Origin: Bacteroidaceae bacterium
GTDB taxonomy: Bacteria > Bacteroidota > Bacteroidia > Bacteroidales > Bacteroidaceae
Reading direction: 5' to 3'
Length of the DNA stretch: 64,000 nucleotides
NCBI GenBank assembly: GCA_963594995.1
Contig: CAVBGK010000009.1
Coordinates: 29,331-93,330 of the forward strand
A program made the translations under genes and the position numbers. The notes below the pieces were generated by a model. That model saw only the letters and a program-made list of their open reading frames with translations. It had not been told where the DNA came from and did not search any database. How positions within the stretch are numbered: position 1 is the stretch's first letter; the number at the start of each line of letters is the position of its first letter. This document shows positions 29,122 through 38,932 of the stretch, piece by piece.

Positions 29122-31311
29122 ATGAGCAACTTAAGATTTGAAGCTGTATCTGAGGCTTCCAAGAGAAAGCCCATTGAGGTCGCTGCGCCAAGCGAGCGTC
29201 CTAGTGAATTCTACGGAAAGAAAGTTTTCAACCGCCAGAAGATGTACAAGTATCTCCCGGCAGACGTTTACGAGAAACTCGTTGACGTAATTGATAACGG
29301 CGCCCGTCTTGACCGCAGCATCGCAGACGCTGTGGCAAAGGGTATCAAGCAGTGGGCTGACGAAAATGGTGTTACACACTACACCCACTGGTTCCAGCCA
29401 TTAACTGAAGGTACTGCCGAGAAGCATGACAGCTTCATCGAGCACGATGGCAAGGGCGGTATGATCGAGGAGTTCTCCGGTAAGTTGCTCGTACAGCAGG
29501 AGCCTGATGCTTCTTCATTCCCCTCAGGCGGTATCCGTTCTACATTCGAAGCACGCGGATACTCAGCTTGGGACCCAACATCTCCTGTGTTCATCATCGA
29601 CGACACACTTTGTATCCCAACCATCTTCATCTCTTATACTGGTGAGGCCCTCGACTACAAGGCGCCATTGCTCCGCGCCTTGCACGCAGTAAACGTAGCA
29701 GCCACAGAGGTTTGCCACTACTTCAATCCAGACGTAAAGAAGGTTATCTCTAACCTCGGTTGGGAGCAGGAGTATTTCTTGGTTGACGAGTCTCTTTATG
29801 CAGCACGTCCAGACTTGATGTTGACAGGTCGCACCTTGATGGGTCACGATTCAGCCAAGAACCAGCAGATGGACGACCACTATTTCGGTGCCATCCCAGA
29901 GCGCGTACAGGCTTTTATGAAGGATTTCGAAATCCAGGCACTTGAATTGGGCATTCCTTGCAAGACACGTCACAACGAGGTTGCTCCTAACCAGTTTGAG
30001 GTAGCTCCCATCTTCGAGGAGACCAACCTTGCCGTCGACCATAATATGCTCCTCATGAGCTTGATGAAGAAGGTGGCTCGCCATCACGGATTCCGAGCCC
30101 TCTTGCACGAGAAGCCATTCGCAGGCATCAATGGTTCTGGTAAGCACAATAACTGGAGTCTCGCTACCGATACGGGCATCCTGCTCCATGGTCCTGGCAA
30201 GACACCAGAGGACAACCTCCGTTTCGTTGTATTCATCGTGGAGACATTGATGGGTGTATATAAGCACAATGGTTTGCTCAAGGCTTCCATCATGAGCGCA
30301 ACCAACGCACATCGTCTGGGTGCCAACGAGGCACCTCCAGCAATCATCTCTTCATTCCTCGGCAAGCAGCTCACTGAGCTTCTCGACCATATCGAGAAAG
30401 CAGACAAGGACGAACTCTTCTCTGTGGCTGGCAAGCAAGGTATGAAGCTTGACATACCCGAAATTCCCGAGTTGATGATTGATAACACAGATCGTAACCG
30501 TACATCTCCATTCGCCTTCACCGGCAACCGCTTCGAGTTCCGTGCCGTAGGTTCTGAGGCCAACTGTGCTTCTGCCATGATTGTGCTGAACACTGCCGTA
30601 GCCGAGGCTTTGACCGAATTCAAGAAGCGTGTGGATGCACTCATCGCCAAGGGTGAAGACAAGACATCTGCCATCATCGACATCGTTCGTCAGGACATCG
30701 TGGCTTGCAAGCCAGTACGTTTCGACGGCAACGGTTACTCAGACGAGTGGGTTGTAGAGGCTCAGAAGCGCGGTCTCGACTGCGAGAAGAGCTGTCCTAA
30801 GATTTTCGAGACATACCTCGCACCAGACTCTATCAAGATGTTCGAGGACATGGGTGTAATGAAGAAGAACGAGTTGGAAGCACGCAATGAGGTGAAATGG
30901 GAGACCTATACCAAGAAGATTCAGATTGAGGCTCGAGTTATGGGCGACCTCTCCATGAACCACATCATTCCTGTGGCTACACACTATCAGAGCCAGTTGG
31001 CTAAGAACGTACAGAACATGATTGACATCTTCGGTGCCGAGGAGGGCAAGACTCTCACAGCCCGCAATATCAAAATCATCAAGGACATCGCTGACAGAAC
31101 CCAGAAGATTGAGACAGGAGTAGAGGAGTTGGTTAATGCCCGCAAGGTAGCCAACAAGATTGAGAGCGAGCACGACAAGGCCATCGCTTACCACGACACA
31201 GTGGCTCCTAAGATGGAGGAAATCCGCTACCAGATTGACAAGTTGGAGTTGACCGTAGCAGATGAGCTTTGGACATTGCCTAAGTATCGTGAGCTTCTGT
31301 TCATCCGCTAA
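29122..31311 (+). CDS. glnA: Glutamine synthetase type III
   Basis: HYTHWFQPLT, EPDASSFPSGG, GWEQEYFL, HNEVAPNQ, HEKPF, DRNRTSPFAFTGNRFEFR; start moved to the ATG at 29122. Confidence 0.96.
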   Translation: MSNLRFEAVSEASKRKPIEVAAPSERPSEFYGKKVFNRQKMYKYLPADVYEKLVDVIDNGARLDRSIADAVAKGIKQWADENGVTHYTHWFQPLTEGTAEKHDSFIEHDGKGGMIEEFSGKLLVQQEPDASSFPSGGIRSTFEARGYSAWDPTSPVFIIDDTLCIPTIFISYTGEALDYKAPLLRALHAVNVAATEVCHYFNPDVKKVISNLGWEQEYFLVDESLYAARPDLMLTGRTLMGHDSAKNQQMDDHYFGAIPERVQAFMKDFEIQALELGIPCKTRHNEVAPNQFEVAPIFEETNLAVDHNMLLMSLMKKVARHHGFRALLHEKPFAGINGSGKHNNWSLATDTGILLHGPGKTPEDNLRFVVFIVETLMGVYKHNGLLKASIMSATNAHRLGANEAPPAIISSFLGKQLTELLDHIEKADKDELFSVAGKQGMKLDIPEIPELMIDNTDRNRTSPFAFTGNRFEFRAVGSEANCASAMIVLNTAVAEALTEFKKRVDALIAKGEDKTSAIIDIVRQDIVACKPVRFDGNGYSDEWVVEAQKRGLDCEKSCPKIFETYLAPDSIKMFEDMGVMKKNELEARNEVKWETYTKKIQIEARVMGDLSMNHIIPVATHYQSQLAKNVQNMIDIFGAEEGKTLTARNIKIIKDIADRTQKIETGVEELVNARKVANKIESEHDKAIAYHDTVAPKMEEIRYQIDKLELTVADELWTLPKYRELLFIR

Positions 31312-31433
31312 ACAGGTTCAGAAAATAGTATAGACGTTATATCGGATAAACATAAAAGCTCAACATTGAGCTACTCTTCATCAGATATAAACAAACGATC
31401 AATCTATTTCTTTTATTGGTTGTTTAAGTTTGC

Positions 31434-31466
31434 AGGTTGTGCCATTGTGAAATGGTGCAACCTTTT
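31434..31466 (+). terminator. Intrinsic terminator after GSIII
   Basis: AGGTTGTGCCATT...AATGGTGCAACCT followed by TTT. Confidence 0.7.
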
Positions 31467-31608
31467 AGTTTTTAAAGGTAAAATCTCTACATTGTTTCAG
31501 ATATAAAATAAACAAAAAACATTGCTTTCACAATATTTTTCATTAACTTTGCCCATAAAATACATAATACAGCACGACGATTACGCAAAACATTAAAAGA
31601 ATAACAAT

Positions 31609-33240
31609 ATGGATTACAACATGATAGGCACCGCTTGGTCGCTGCTACCCCCTATCGTAGCCATCGCATTGGCACTGAAGACGAAGGAGGTATATTCCTC
31701 TCTCTTCATCGGCATCATCCTAGGTGCCGTGCTCTATTGCCATTCGATGGGAACTGGCTTAGACGGATTCATCATCCATCTCACCAACCATACCGTCGGT
31801 TCGGGTACAGAAGCCAAGTCATACGGCATGATACACTGCCTTTCCGACCCATGGAACGTGGGAATACTCATATTCTTGGTATTGCTAGGCAGTATCGTAT
31901 CACTGATGAACAAGGCTGGAGGGTCGGCAGCTTTTGGTCGCTGGGCTAGCCAGCACGTCAAGAGCAAGATGGGAGTGCAGACAGCAACCCTACTCCTAGG
32001 CATCTTGATTTTCATAGACGATTACTTCAACTGCCTTACCGTGGGTTCGGTGATGCGCCCTATCGCCGTCCGCAATGGCGTAACCAAAGAGAAGCTCGCT
32101 TACCTCATCGACTCCACTGCCGCTCCCATCTGCATCATATCACCTATCTCGAGTTGGGCAGCAGCAGTATCTGGCTTTGTCTCGGGAGATGGCGAGAACG
32201 GGCTGACGCTCTTCTGCAAGGCAATACCTTTTAACTTCTATGCCTTTTTCACCATCATCTTCATGTTCGGCATCATCATCCTGGACTTTGACTTCAAGGC
32301 TATGAGTAAGTATGACGCAAGATTGAAAGAATGGTACGAGCGCACCAATGGGGGAAAGCTTGATGAGGTGAGCGATACGAAACTACACGTCGTGGAGCAT
32401 GGAGTAGGAGCCAAGTCTTCCCTAGCCGGGAACAGGAGCCATGGCTCTGTAAGCGACCTGGTGATTCCCATCATACTACTGATAGTCTTCTGTATGGCAG
32501 GCATGGTATATTCGGGAGGTTACTTTGATTCCGACAGCAGGAACTACATGGACTTCATCAACTCGTTCGCAGAAAGCAATGCTTCCATCGGATTGGTAAT
32601 CGGTTCGTTGGCTGCATTCATTCTCACCACCATCTTGTTTGTAATAAGAAAGACATTATCATTCGACGATGCCATGAGTAGCCTCATCAAGGGGTTTGAG
32701 GCAATGGTTCCAGCCATACTAATCTTGTCATTGGCATGGACTTTGAAAAGCATGACCGACTCGTTGGGTGCAACCGAATACGTATCAGGAGTCATGTCGA
32801 GCAGTGCAGCCGAACTCCAACAGTTCTTGCCTGCCATCATCTTCATCGTAGCGGCGTTTCTCGCTTTCGCAACTGGCACTTCTTGGGGAACATTCGGCAT
32901 ATTGATACCTATCTGCATCGCCGTTTTCCCCACAACCGAACCATTACGCATCATCTCCATTTCCGCTTGTATGGCGGGGGCGGTTTGCGGAGACCACATC
33001 TCCCCCATCAGCGACACCACCATCATGGCAAGCGCAGGAGCGGAATGCAAACATGTACACCACGTATCATCGCAGTTGCCATACGCCCTGACCGTGGCTT
33101 GCGTGTCTTTTCTCACCTTCGTAGTGGCAGGATTCACCCAGCGGCTTGGCATCGTGGCAAGTGCTGTCATCTCGTGGGTATGCGGCATAACTTTGTTAGC
33201 TTTGGCCCTGACCCTGCTCAAGCGATTGGTTCGTCGTTGA
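31609..33240 (+). CDS. NhaC-family Na+/H+ antiporter-like transporter (possibly an amino-acid transporter)
   Basis: WSLLPP, FIDDYFN, DSTAAP, ISSW, TGTSWGT, GDHISPISDTT; TAACTTTG box at 31544-31551. Confidence 0.88.
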   Translation: MDYNMIGTAWSLLPPIVAIALALKTKEVYSSLFIGIILGAVLYCHSMGTGLDGFIIHLTNHTVGSGTEAKSYGMIHCLSDPWNVGILIFLVLLGSIVSLMNKAGGSAAFGRWASQHVKSKMGVQTATLLLGILIFIDDYFNCLTVGSVMRPIAVRNGVTKEKLAYLIDSTAAPICIISPISSWAAAVSGFVSGDGENGLTLFCKAIPFNFYAFFTIIFMFGIIILDFDFKAMSKYDARLKEWYERTNGGKLDEVSDTKLHVVEHGVGAKSSLAGNRSHGSVSDLVIPIILLIVFCMAGMVYSGGYFDSDSRNYMDFINSFAESNASIGLVIGSLAAFILTTILFVIRKTLSFDDAMSSLIKGFEAMVPAILILSLAWTLKSMTDSLGATEYVSGVMSSSAAELQQFLPAIIFIVAAFLAFATGTSWGTFGILIPICIAVFPTTEPLRIISISACMAGAVCGDHISPISDTTIMASAGAECKHVHHVSSQLPYALTVACVSFLTFVVAGFTQRLGIVASAVISWVCGITLLALALTLLKRLVRR

Positions 33241-33247
33241 TAAAACA

Positions 33248-33288
33248 ACACCGCATTCCATAGCAAGGGAAAACTTGGAATGCGGTGT
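33248..33288. terminator. Bidirectional terminator between the NhaC gene and the trp operon
   Basis: ACACCGCATTCCA...TGGAATGCGGTGT 13-bp inverted repeat. Confidence 0.8.
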
Positions 33289-33300
33289 CTCTTTTCACTA

Positions 33301-33864
33301 TCATCCGAAGAGCCAGTTCTTCACGATGGTCTTCCCCTCTGGGGTCAGCACACTCTCTGGATGGAACTGGATGCCATGGATATCATAATTTTTATGTCGC
33401 AAGCCCATGATGCAACCATCATCACTCACAGCTGTCACGTCCAAGCTCTCCGGGAAGCCAGCCCTATCCACCACCCAAGAGTGATAACGCCCTATCTCGA
33501 TGCGCTTGGGCATCCCTGCGAAAATCGGGTCATTGCCAAACTGGGTGCATGGGGTAGCCACACCATGATACACTTCCGATAGATTGGTCAGTCGCGCGCC
33601 AAACACCTCTCCAATCGCCTGATGTCCCAGACATACTCCCAGCATCGGCTTTCTTCCGGCATAGGACTTGATGACATCCAACAACAATCCTGCCTCAGAC
33701 GGGATACCAGGACCAGGACTCAATATAATCTTGTCGAAACGGTCCAACTCACGCAACTGAAACTGATCGTTGCGAAAGACCGTCACCTCCACGCCAAGTT
33801 CCTTTACCAAATGCGCAAGGTTATAGGTAAAGGAGTCGTAATTGTCTATGATTACTACTTTCAT
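33301..33864 (-). CDS. trpG: Anthranilate synthase component II (glutamine amidotransferase)
   Basis: IDNYDSFTYN, SPGPG, GVCLGHQ, RYHS, QFHPES. Confidence 0.96.
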   Translation of the reverse strand: MKVVIIDNYDSFTYNLAHLVKELGVEVTVFRNDQFQLRELDRFDKIILSPGPGIPSEAGLLLDVIKSYAGRKPMLGVCLGHQAIGEVFGARLTNLSEVYHGVATPCTQFGNDPIFAGMPKRIEIGRYHSWVVDRAGFPESLDVTAVSDDGCIMGLRHKNYDIHGIQFHPESVLTPEGKTIVKNWLFG

Positions 33865-35279
33865 AATTTCTCTGCTATATGTATCGCCTTGGTCAAGGCA
33901 CCCAACTTATTATTGCACTCCTCCAGCTCATACTGGTCGTTACTCTTGGCAACGACACCACTGCCAGCCTGGAACCACAACTCGCCATTGCGGCTGATGA
34001 AGGTACGGATGACAATGGCTTGGTTGAGGTCGCCGTTCAAGCCTATGAAACCGATGCAGCCACCGTATGCACCACGGTTGTGAGGCTCCAGTTCCGAGAT
34101 AATCTGCATGGCACGAACCTTTGGCGCTCCACTCAGCGTACCGGCGGGGAAGGTGTCGATAAATTCCTTGATATGGTCGGCATCCTTGTCGAGCGTTCCG
34201 CTCACACGGCTCACCAAATGGATGACATGGCTATAGAACTGCATATCCTTGTAGAAATCTACCTTCACGCCATGGCAGTTTCTGCTTAAGTCGTTGCGAG
34301 CCAAATCCACCAACATCACATGCTCGGCATTCTCCTTGGGATCGTTGCGCAAGAACTCGGCAGCCTTGCGGTCTTCCTCCATATTACCCGTTCGCTTGGT
34401 AGTACCTGCGATGGGGTCGATGAAAGCCTTGTCGCCCACAATTCGATTGTGTGTCTCCGGTGAAGAACCGAAGATACGGAAACCACCAAAGTCGAAGTAA
34501 AAGAGATAAGGGCTCGGATTGATGCTTCGCAAGGCACGGTAGAGCTTGAAGTCATCGCCCTCGTATTTCTGCACAAACCGACGGCTCACCACAATCTGGA
34601 AGACATCTCCCCGCAAACAGTGCTGGATGCAACGACGAACATTCTCCCGGTGTTCCTCATCGGTCAGCGTAGAGGTAGTTTCACCAACGGGGTGAAAATC
34701 GTATGGCTTGACGTTTGCCTTGTTAATTGACTTCATCAGAGCATCCAACTCGCTCTCATCGCCCAAGGTTATCAGTTCCATGGTATTGTTAAAGTGGTCG
34801 AACACGATGATGTCCTTATACATGATGTAATATATGTCAGGCGCATCATTCTTCTCCATAGTCGTGTCCTTCACGGGGATATTCTCGAAATACCTCACCG
34901 CATTGAAGGTGGTGAATCCATAAAGACCGCAGAAGTCCTTGCCCTTTCCCTCGACATGGAACGACTGGACGAAATCATTGATTGCCTTGGAGATGACGAG
35001 CTTGCACTCCTCACCTTTTCCCTCGCCAAAGGGGGGAAGTTCTTGTTTATCCACTGTCCCGTCGGGACTGGTGGCCGTCACCACCCCATGACTCACGGAG
35101 ATGCTGGCCATCGGATTCACACCGATGAAGGAGCGAGAGTTCTCCGAACCATGATAGTCACTACTCTCCATCAATGCCGACTGGGGATAAATATCCCGAA
35201 GCCGCATATAGACTCCCACCGGCGTATAGAGGTCGGCGAGAATCTTGCGGGTCTTTGTTGTATAGTTAAAAGTCACCAT
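33861..35279 (-). CDS. trpE: Anthranilate synthase component I
   Basis: LMESS, NPSPY, SSPE, PIAGT, EHVMLVDLARND, FPAGTLSGAPK; start at ATG 35279 (alternative 35285), overlapping the trpB stop. Confidence 0.95.
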   Translation of the reverse strand: MVTFNYTTKTRKILADLYTPVGVYMRLRDIYPQSALMESSDYHGSENSRSFIGVNPMASISVSHGVVTATSPDGTVDKQELPPFGEGKGEECKLVISKAINDFVQSFHVEGKGKDFCGLYGFTTFNAVRYFENIPVKDTTMEKNDAPDIYYIMYKDIIVFDHFNNTMELITLGDESELDALMKSINKANVKPYDFHPVGETTSTLTDEEHRENVRRCIQHCLRGDVFQIVVSRRFVQKYEGDDFKLYRALRSINPSPYLFYFDFGGFRIFGSSPETHNRIVGDKAFIDPIAGTTKRTGNMEEDRKAAEFLRNDPKENAEHVMLVDLARNDLSRNCHGVKVDFYKDMQFYSHVIHLVSRVSGTLDKDADHIKEFIDTFPAGTLSGAPKVRAMQIISELEPHNRGAYGGCIGFIGLNGDLNQAIVIRTFISRNGELWFQAGSGVVAKSNDQYELEECNNKLGALTKAIHIAEKL

Positions 35280-36465
35280 ATTCATTTGCCATTTCTTTGT
35301 TAGACAGATAAGTTTGTACGTCCTTATCACCGCGGCCACTGACCGTCAGTACGACCACATCGTCTTTCTTGAACTTCATCTTCTTCAAGGCTGCCACGGC
35401 ATGGGCACTCTCGATGGCAGGGATGATGCCCTCCATGCGAGTCAGTTCGTATCCGGCATAAATCGCCTCATCATCCTTGATGGCGAGCACATGGCTTCGT
35501 CCGCTAGTCGCCAAGTCGGCGTGCATCGGTCCGATGCCAGGGTAGTCCAATCCTGCACTGATGGTGAAGGCCTCCTTGATTTGTCCGTCATCAGTCTGCA
35601 TCACGAGTGTACGCGCTCCGTGGATGATACCTTCCGTACCGCAATGCATGGTCGCCGCGGTATAGTCGGTGTCAATGCCATGGCCTGCAGCCTCGGCAAG
35701 ATAAATCTGTACACGGTCATCGTCGATATAATGGTAGATGGTACCGGCGGCATTCGACCCGCCCCCCACACAGGCGATGAGATAGTCAGGATAGTCGCGT
35801 CCCACCTTTTCCTCCAATTGCCATTTCAGTTCCTCAGAGATGACACTCTGCATCTTTGCCACTATGTCGGGATAAGGATGAGGACCCATCGTGCTTCCCA
35901 CTATATAGAAGGTATCCTGTGGATGGCAGCACCAGTCGCGGATAGCCTCTGAGCAAGCATCGCTCAAGGTCATGTTTCCCGTACGGACGGGATTGACCGT
36001 GGCGCCCAACATTTTCATGCGTTCCACATTGGTATGCTGACGCTCCACGTCGGTAGCTCCCATGAAGATTTCACACTTCATGTCCATCAAGGCACAGACG
36101 GTTGCCGTAGCCACTCCGTGCTGTCCTGCTCCCGTCTCGGCGATGATGCGCGTCTTGCCCATCTTCTTCGCCATCAGAATCTGACCGATGGTATTGTTGA
36201 TTTTGTGAGCGCCGGTATGGTTCAGGTCCTCACGCTTCAGATAGAGCTGGCACCCGTACTTCTCGCTCATGCGCTTGGCATAGTAGAGGGGTGAAGGGCG
36301 ACCCACGTAATCCTTCAGCAAAGCACGATACTCCTTCTTGAATTCCTCGCTCTCGATGATAGGCTTGTAAGCCTGCTGGAGTTCCGTCACACACTTATAT
36401 AATATCTCCGGCACATATGCGCCACCGAATTTTCCAAAAAATCCTTTGTCGTCAACTTGATACAT
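35266..36465 (-). CDS. trpB: Tryptophan synthase beta chain
   Basis: LNHTGAHKINN, ETGAGQHG, CVGGGSN, AGLDYPG, SGRGDKD. Confidence 0.97.
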   Translation of the reverse strand: MYQVDDKGFFGKFGGAYVPEILYKCVTELQQAYKPIIESEEFKKEYRALLKDYVGRPSPLYYAKRMSEKYGCQLYLKREDLNHTGAHKINNTIGQILMAKKMGKTRIIAETGAGQHGVATATVCALMDMKCEIFMGATDVERQHTNVERMKMLGATVNPVRTGNMTLSDACSEAIRDWCCHPQDTFYIVGSTMGPHPYPDIVAKMQSVISEELKWQLEEKVGRDYPDYLIACVGGGSNAAGTIYHYIDDDRVQIYLAEAAGHGIDTDYTAATMHCGTEGIIHGARTLVMQTDDGQIKEAFTISAGLDYPGIGPMHADLATSGRSHVLAIKDDEAIYAGYELTRMEGIIPAIESAHAVAALKKMKFKKDDVVVLTVSGRGDKDVQTYLSNKEMANEYGDF

Positions 36466-36469
36466 CACT

Positions 36470-36560
36470 ATTCAATTTATAATGTACAATGTATAATTTA
36501 TAATTGCCTTGCGGATGAATGGCCTATGCTCAATTAGAATTATACATTATTAATTCTTAT
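36470..36560. repeat. AT-rich hairpin element related to 19987-20103
   Basis: AATGTATAATT (36488-36498) / AATTATACATT (36538-36548); shared TATGCTyAATTA. Confidence 0.6.
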
Positions 36561-37337
36561 TTATCTCTTGAGTGCCTCGAAAAGTTCATCCAGAGCCTTT
36601 TCTGGATCACCACTCTCATTGAGCAAGGTCACAAACTTGCTGCCGATGATGGCACCAGCCGCATTGTTCTGCGCACTGGTCAAAGTCTGCTTGTTGCTGA
36701 TGCCGAATCCTATCATACGAGGATTGCGGAGGTTCATGCTGTTGATATGGTTGAAGTAAGCCAACTTGGTGTCGCCAAAGTTACTCTGGGCTCCCGTGAT
36801 ACTTGCCGAACTGACCATGTAGATAAAGCCATCTGTATGATCGTCGATGAAACGGATGCGCTCCTCACTGGTCTCGGGCGTTATCATCATAATGACACGG
36901 ATGTCATACTTATCGGCGATAGGTTTTACCACCTTCAGGTAGTCATCAAACGGAAGGTCTGGAATAATCGTACCGCTGACTCCGCTTTCTACGCAACTCT
37001 TGAAGAACTCCTCGATGCCATAGTGCATGATGGGGTTGAGATAGCCCATCAGTACCAACGGAATGTTCACCTCGTCCTTGACATCTCGCAACTGACCGAA
37101 AAGTGTCTTCACGGTCATACCATTCTTCAGAGCCGTGGTTCCAGCACTCTGGATGACAGGGCCGTCTGCCAACGGGTCACTGAAAGGGATGCCCACCTCT
37201 ACCATATCGATACCATGACGTTCCATCGCCTTGATGACATCGCCCGTGCCGTCCAACATAGGACAGCCGGCACAGAAATACAAGCTCAACAGCTTGCGAT
37301 TCTTGTTTTCTGAAAATAATTGATTTATCTTATTCAT
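36561..37337 (-). CDS. trpA: Tryptophan synthase alpha chain
   Basis: EVGIPFSDPLADGPVIQ, MGYLNP, PDLP, GFGI. Confidence 0.97.
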   Translation of the reverse strand: MNKINQLFSENKNRKLLSLYFCAGCPMLDGTGDVIKAMERHGIDMVEVGIPFSDPLADGPVIQSAGTTALKNGMTVKTLFGQLRDVKDEVNIPLVLMGYLNPIMHYGIEEFFKSCVESGVSGTIIPDLPFDDYLKVVKPIADKYDIRVIMMITPETSEERIRFIDDHTDGFIYMVSSASITGAQSNFGDTKLAYFNHINSMNLRNPRMIGFGISNKQTLTSAQNNAAGAIIGSKFVTLLNESGDPEKALDELFEALKR

Positions 37338-37355
37338 TTCTCACTTTTTTGTCTT

Positions 37356-38084
37356 TTACTTTTTCACCTTTAAAATGAATTTCCTCAGTTTCTCCACATC
37401 CTTTAGTCCCGGCTCTATCTCAAATTTGGAGTTCAGGTCAATGCCGATGCACTTGGGATGGCGGTATGCCTTGATGCGTTCTGCATCTTCAAGTCCGATG
37501 CCTCCGCTCAAGAGGAAAGGCGTCTCTCCATCATAGGCGTCCAACACTTGCCAGTCAAACTGTTGTCCGCTTCCTCCTGCCAAATGAGTCTTGGTGTCAA
37601 AGAGGAAGAGATCGACAGCCCCCACATACTCCTTGTACTTTCCTATGTCATCAGCCGTGGCCACATTGATGGCCTTGATGATCTTGATACCCTTCTTGAT
37701 GTCCGGGTCGATGGTAGAGCGGAGGTTCTCGCAAGTTTCCCTTGGTTCGCTACCATGCAGCTGGATGTAGTCGAGGTCATAGTTATACACCCTGGTCACG
37801 ATGTTCTGAGGCATATCATCAACAAACACCCCTACCCTTGCCGGCTTTTCCGCTGTCTCTTGCTTCGCACCTGCAACCGCTGATGTTCCAGCAACACCTT
37901 GTTCTCCCCTCATCCGTCGGATGCGTTCCTCCGAGTAATCGGGGATGATGCCAGCCTTACTGCTTATCATCTGCACATAGCGAGGACTCTTGGGAACGAA
38001 AATAAATCCCATCAAGTCGATGCCTAAAGCCGAAACCTCGCGAATGTTGTCGGCATCGCACATACCACAAACTTTGATTATCAT
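37356..38084 (-). CDS. trpF: Phosphoribosylanthranilate isomerase
   Basis: KVCGM, VGVF, QLHG, LFDT, GGSG..FDW, LSGG, DLNSKFE. Confidence 0.93.
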   Translation of the reverse strand: MIIKVCGMCDADNIREVSALGIDLMGFIFVPKSPRYVQMISSKAGIIPDYSEERIRRMRGEQGVAGTSAVAGAKQETAEKPARVGVFVDDMPQNIVTRVYNYDLDYIQLHGSEPRETCENLRSTIDPDIKKGIKIIKAINVATADDIGKYKEYVGAVDLFLFDTKTHLAGGSGQQFDWQVLDAYDGETPFLLSGGIGLEDAERIKAYRHPKCIGIDLNSKFEIEPGLKDVEKLRKFILKVKK

Positions 38085-38086
38085 TT

Positions 38087-38902
38087 CTAATTTCTCGTTT
38101 CTAATTTCTCAATAAACTCCTTCAAAGCCATACCTGGACACTCCTGTTTCATGAATTGCTCGCCCATGAGGAATCCCCGGAATCCAGCTGTACGCAATTG
38201 CTTGACCGTCTCTGGATTTGAGATACCACTCTCACTGACCCTGCACACACCCTTCGGAAGTTGCTCTGCTAACCGGAAACTGTTCTCGACATCTGTCACA
38301 AAGGTTCCCAGATTACGGTTGTTGATGCCATACAAGTCCGGCTCCAGTTCAGCGTATTCAAAGTCTCGGTCGTTGTGCATCTCCAACAAGACCTCCAAGC
38401 CCAGTTGATGCGCCATATCGAGCAACCGCTTGCACTCCTCCTTGGTCAGACAAGCCGCTATCAAGAGTACTGCCGAAGCCCCACAGTAGCGGGCTTGCAG
38501 AAGTTGGTATTCCTCGATGACGAAGTTCTTATACAATATAGGTATATGGACACCCGTGTGGCGAGCCTCCTGGATGAACTCGTCATAACCACCAAAGTAG
38601 TCGATGTCGGTAAGGATGCTGAGGGCTGCCGCTCCATTGCCTTGATAGCTCAATGGGATGACAGCTGCCTTTCCCTCTTCCTTGATCCATCCCTTGGAAG
38701 GCGACTTGCGCTTAAACTCGGCGATGATGCCCGTAGGAGAGTCCATCAAAGCCTCCCGCATACTGCCTCCTGGCGTCTTGCCATCGTCATCCTTCATTTT
38801 CTGTTCCATCAGCGTCATCATCTGCCGGGGCGAGATGAATCGTTTGCGCTGATCTATCTCTATCCGCTTATGAGCGACAATTTCTTCCAATATATCAGTC
38901 AT
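38087..38902 (-). CDS. trpC: Indole-3-glycerol phosphate synthase
   Basis: IIAEFKRKSPSKG, SILTD, GINNRNL, SESGI; start taken at ATG 38902. Confidence 0.95.
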   Translation of the reverse strand: MTDILEEIVAHKRIEIDQRKRFISPRQMMTLMEQKMKDDDGKTPGGSMREALMDSPTGIIAEFKRKSPSKGWIKEEGKAAVIPLSYQGNGAAALSILTDIDYFGGYDEFIQEARHTGVHIPILYKNFVIEEYQLLQARYCGASAVLLIAACLTKEECKRLLDMAHQLGLEVLLEMHNDRDFEYAELEPDLYGINNRNLGTFVTDVENSFRLAEQLPKGVCRVSESGISNPETVKQLRTAGFRGFLMGEQFMKQECPGMALKEFIEKLETRN

Positions 38903-38932
38903 ATGTATCTTCACCTTTTTACTCTTTTACTT

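Noticed and set aside
31572..31585. ACGATTACG half-match to the pectin operator upstream of the NhaC gene (also CGTAATATTCACG at 42214 and CGCAACGTTTAC at ~59136)
   Set aside because: Partial dyads only, and not at the 58-bp position; may be chance
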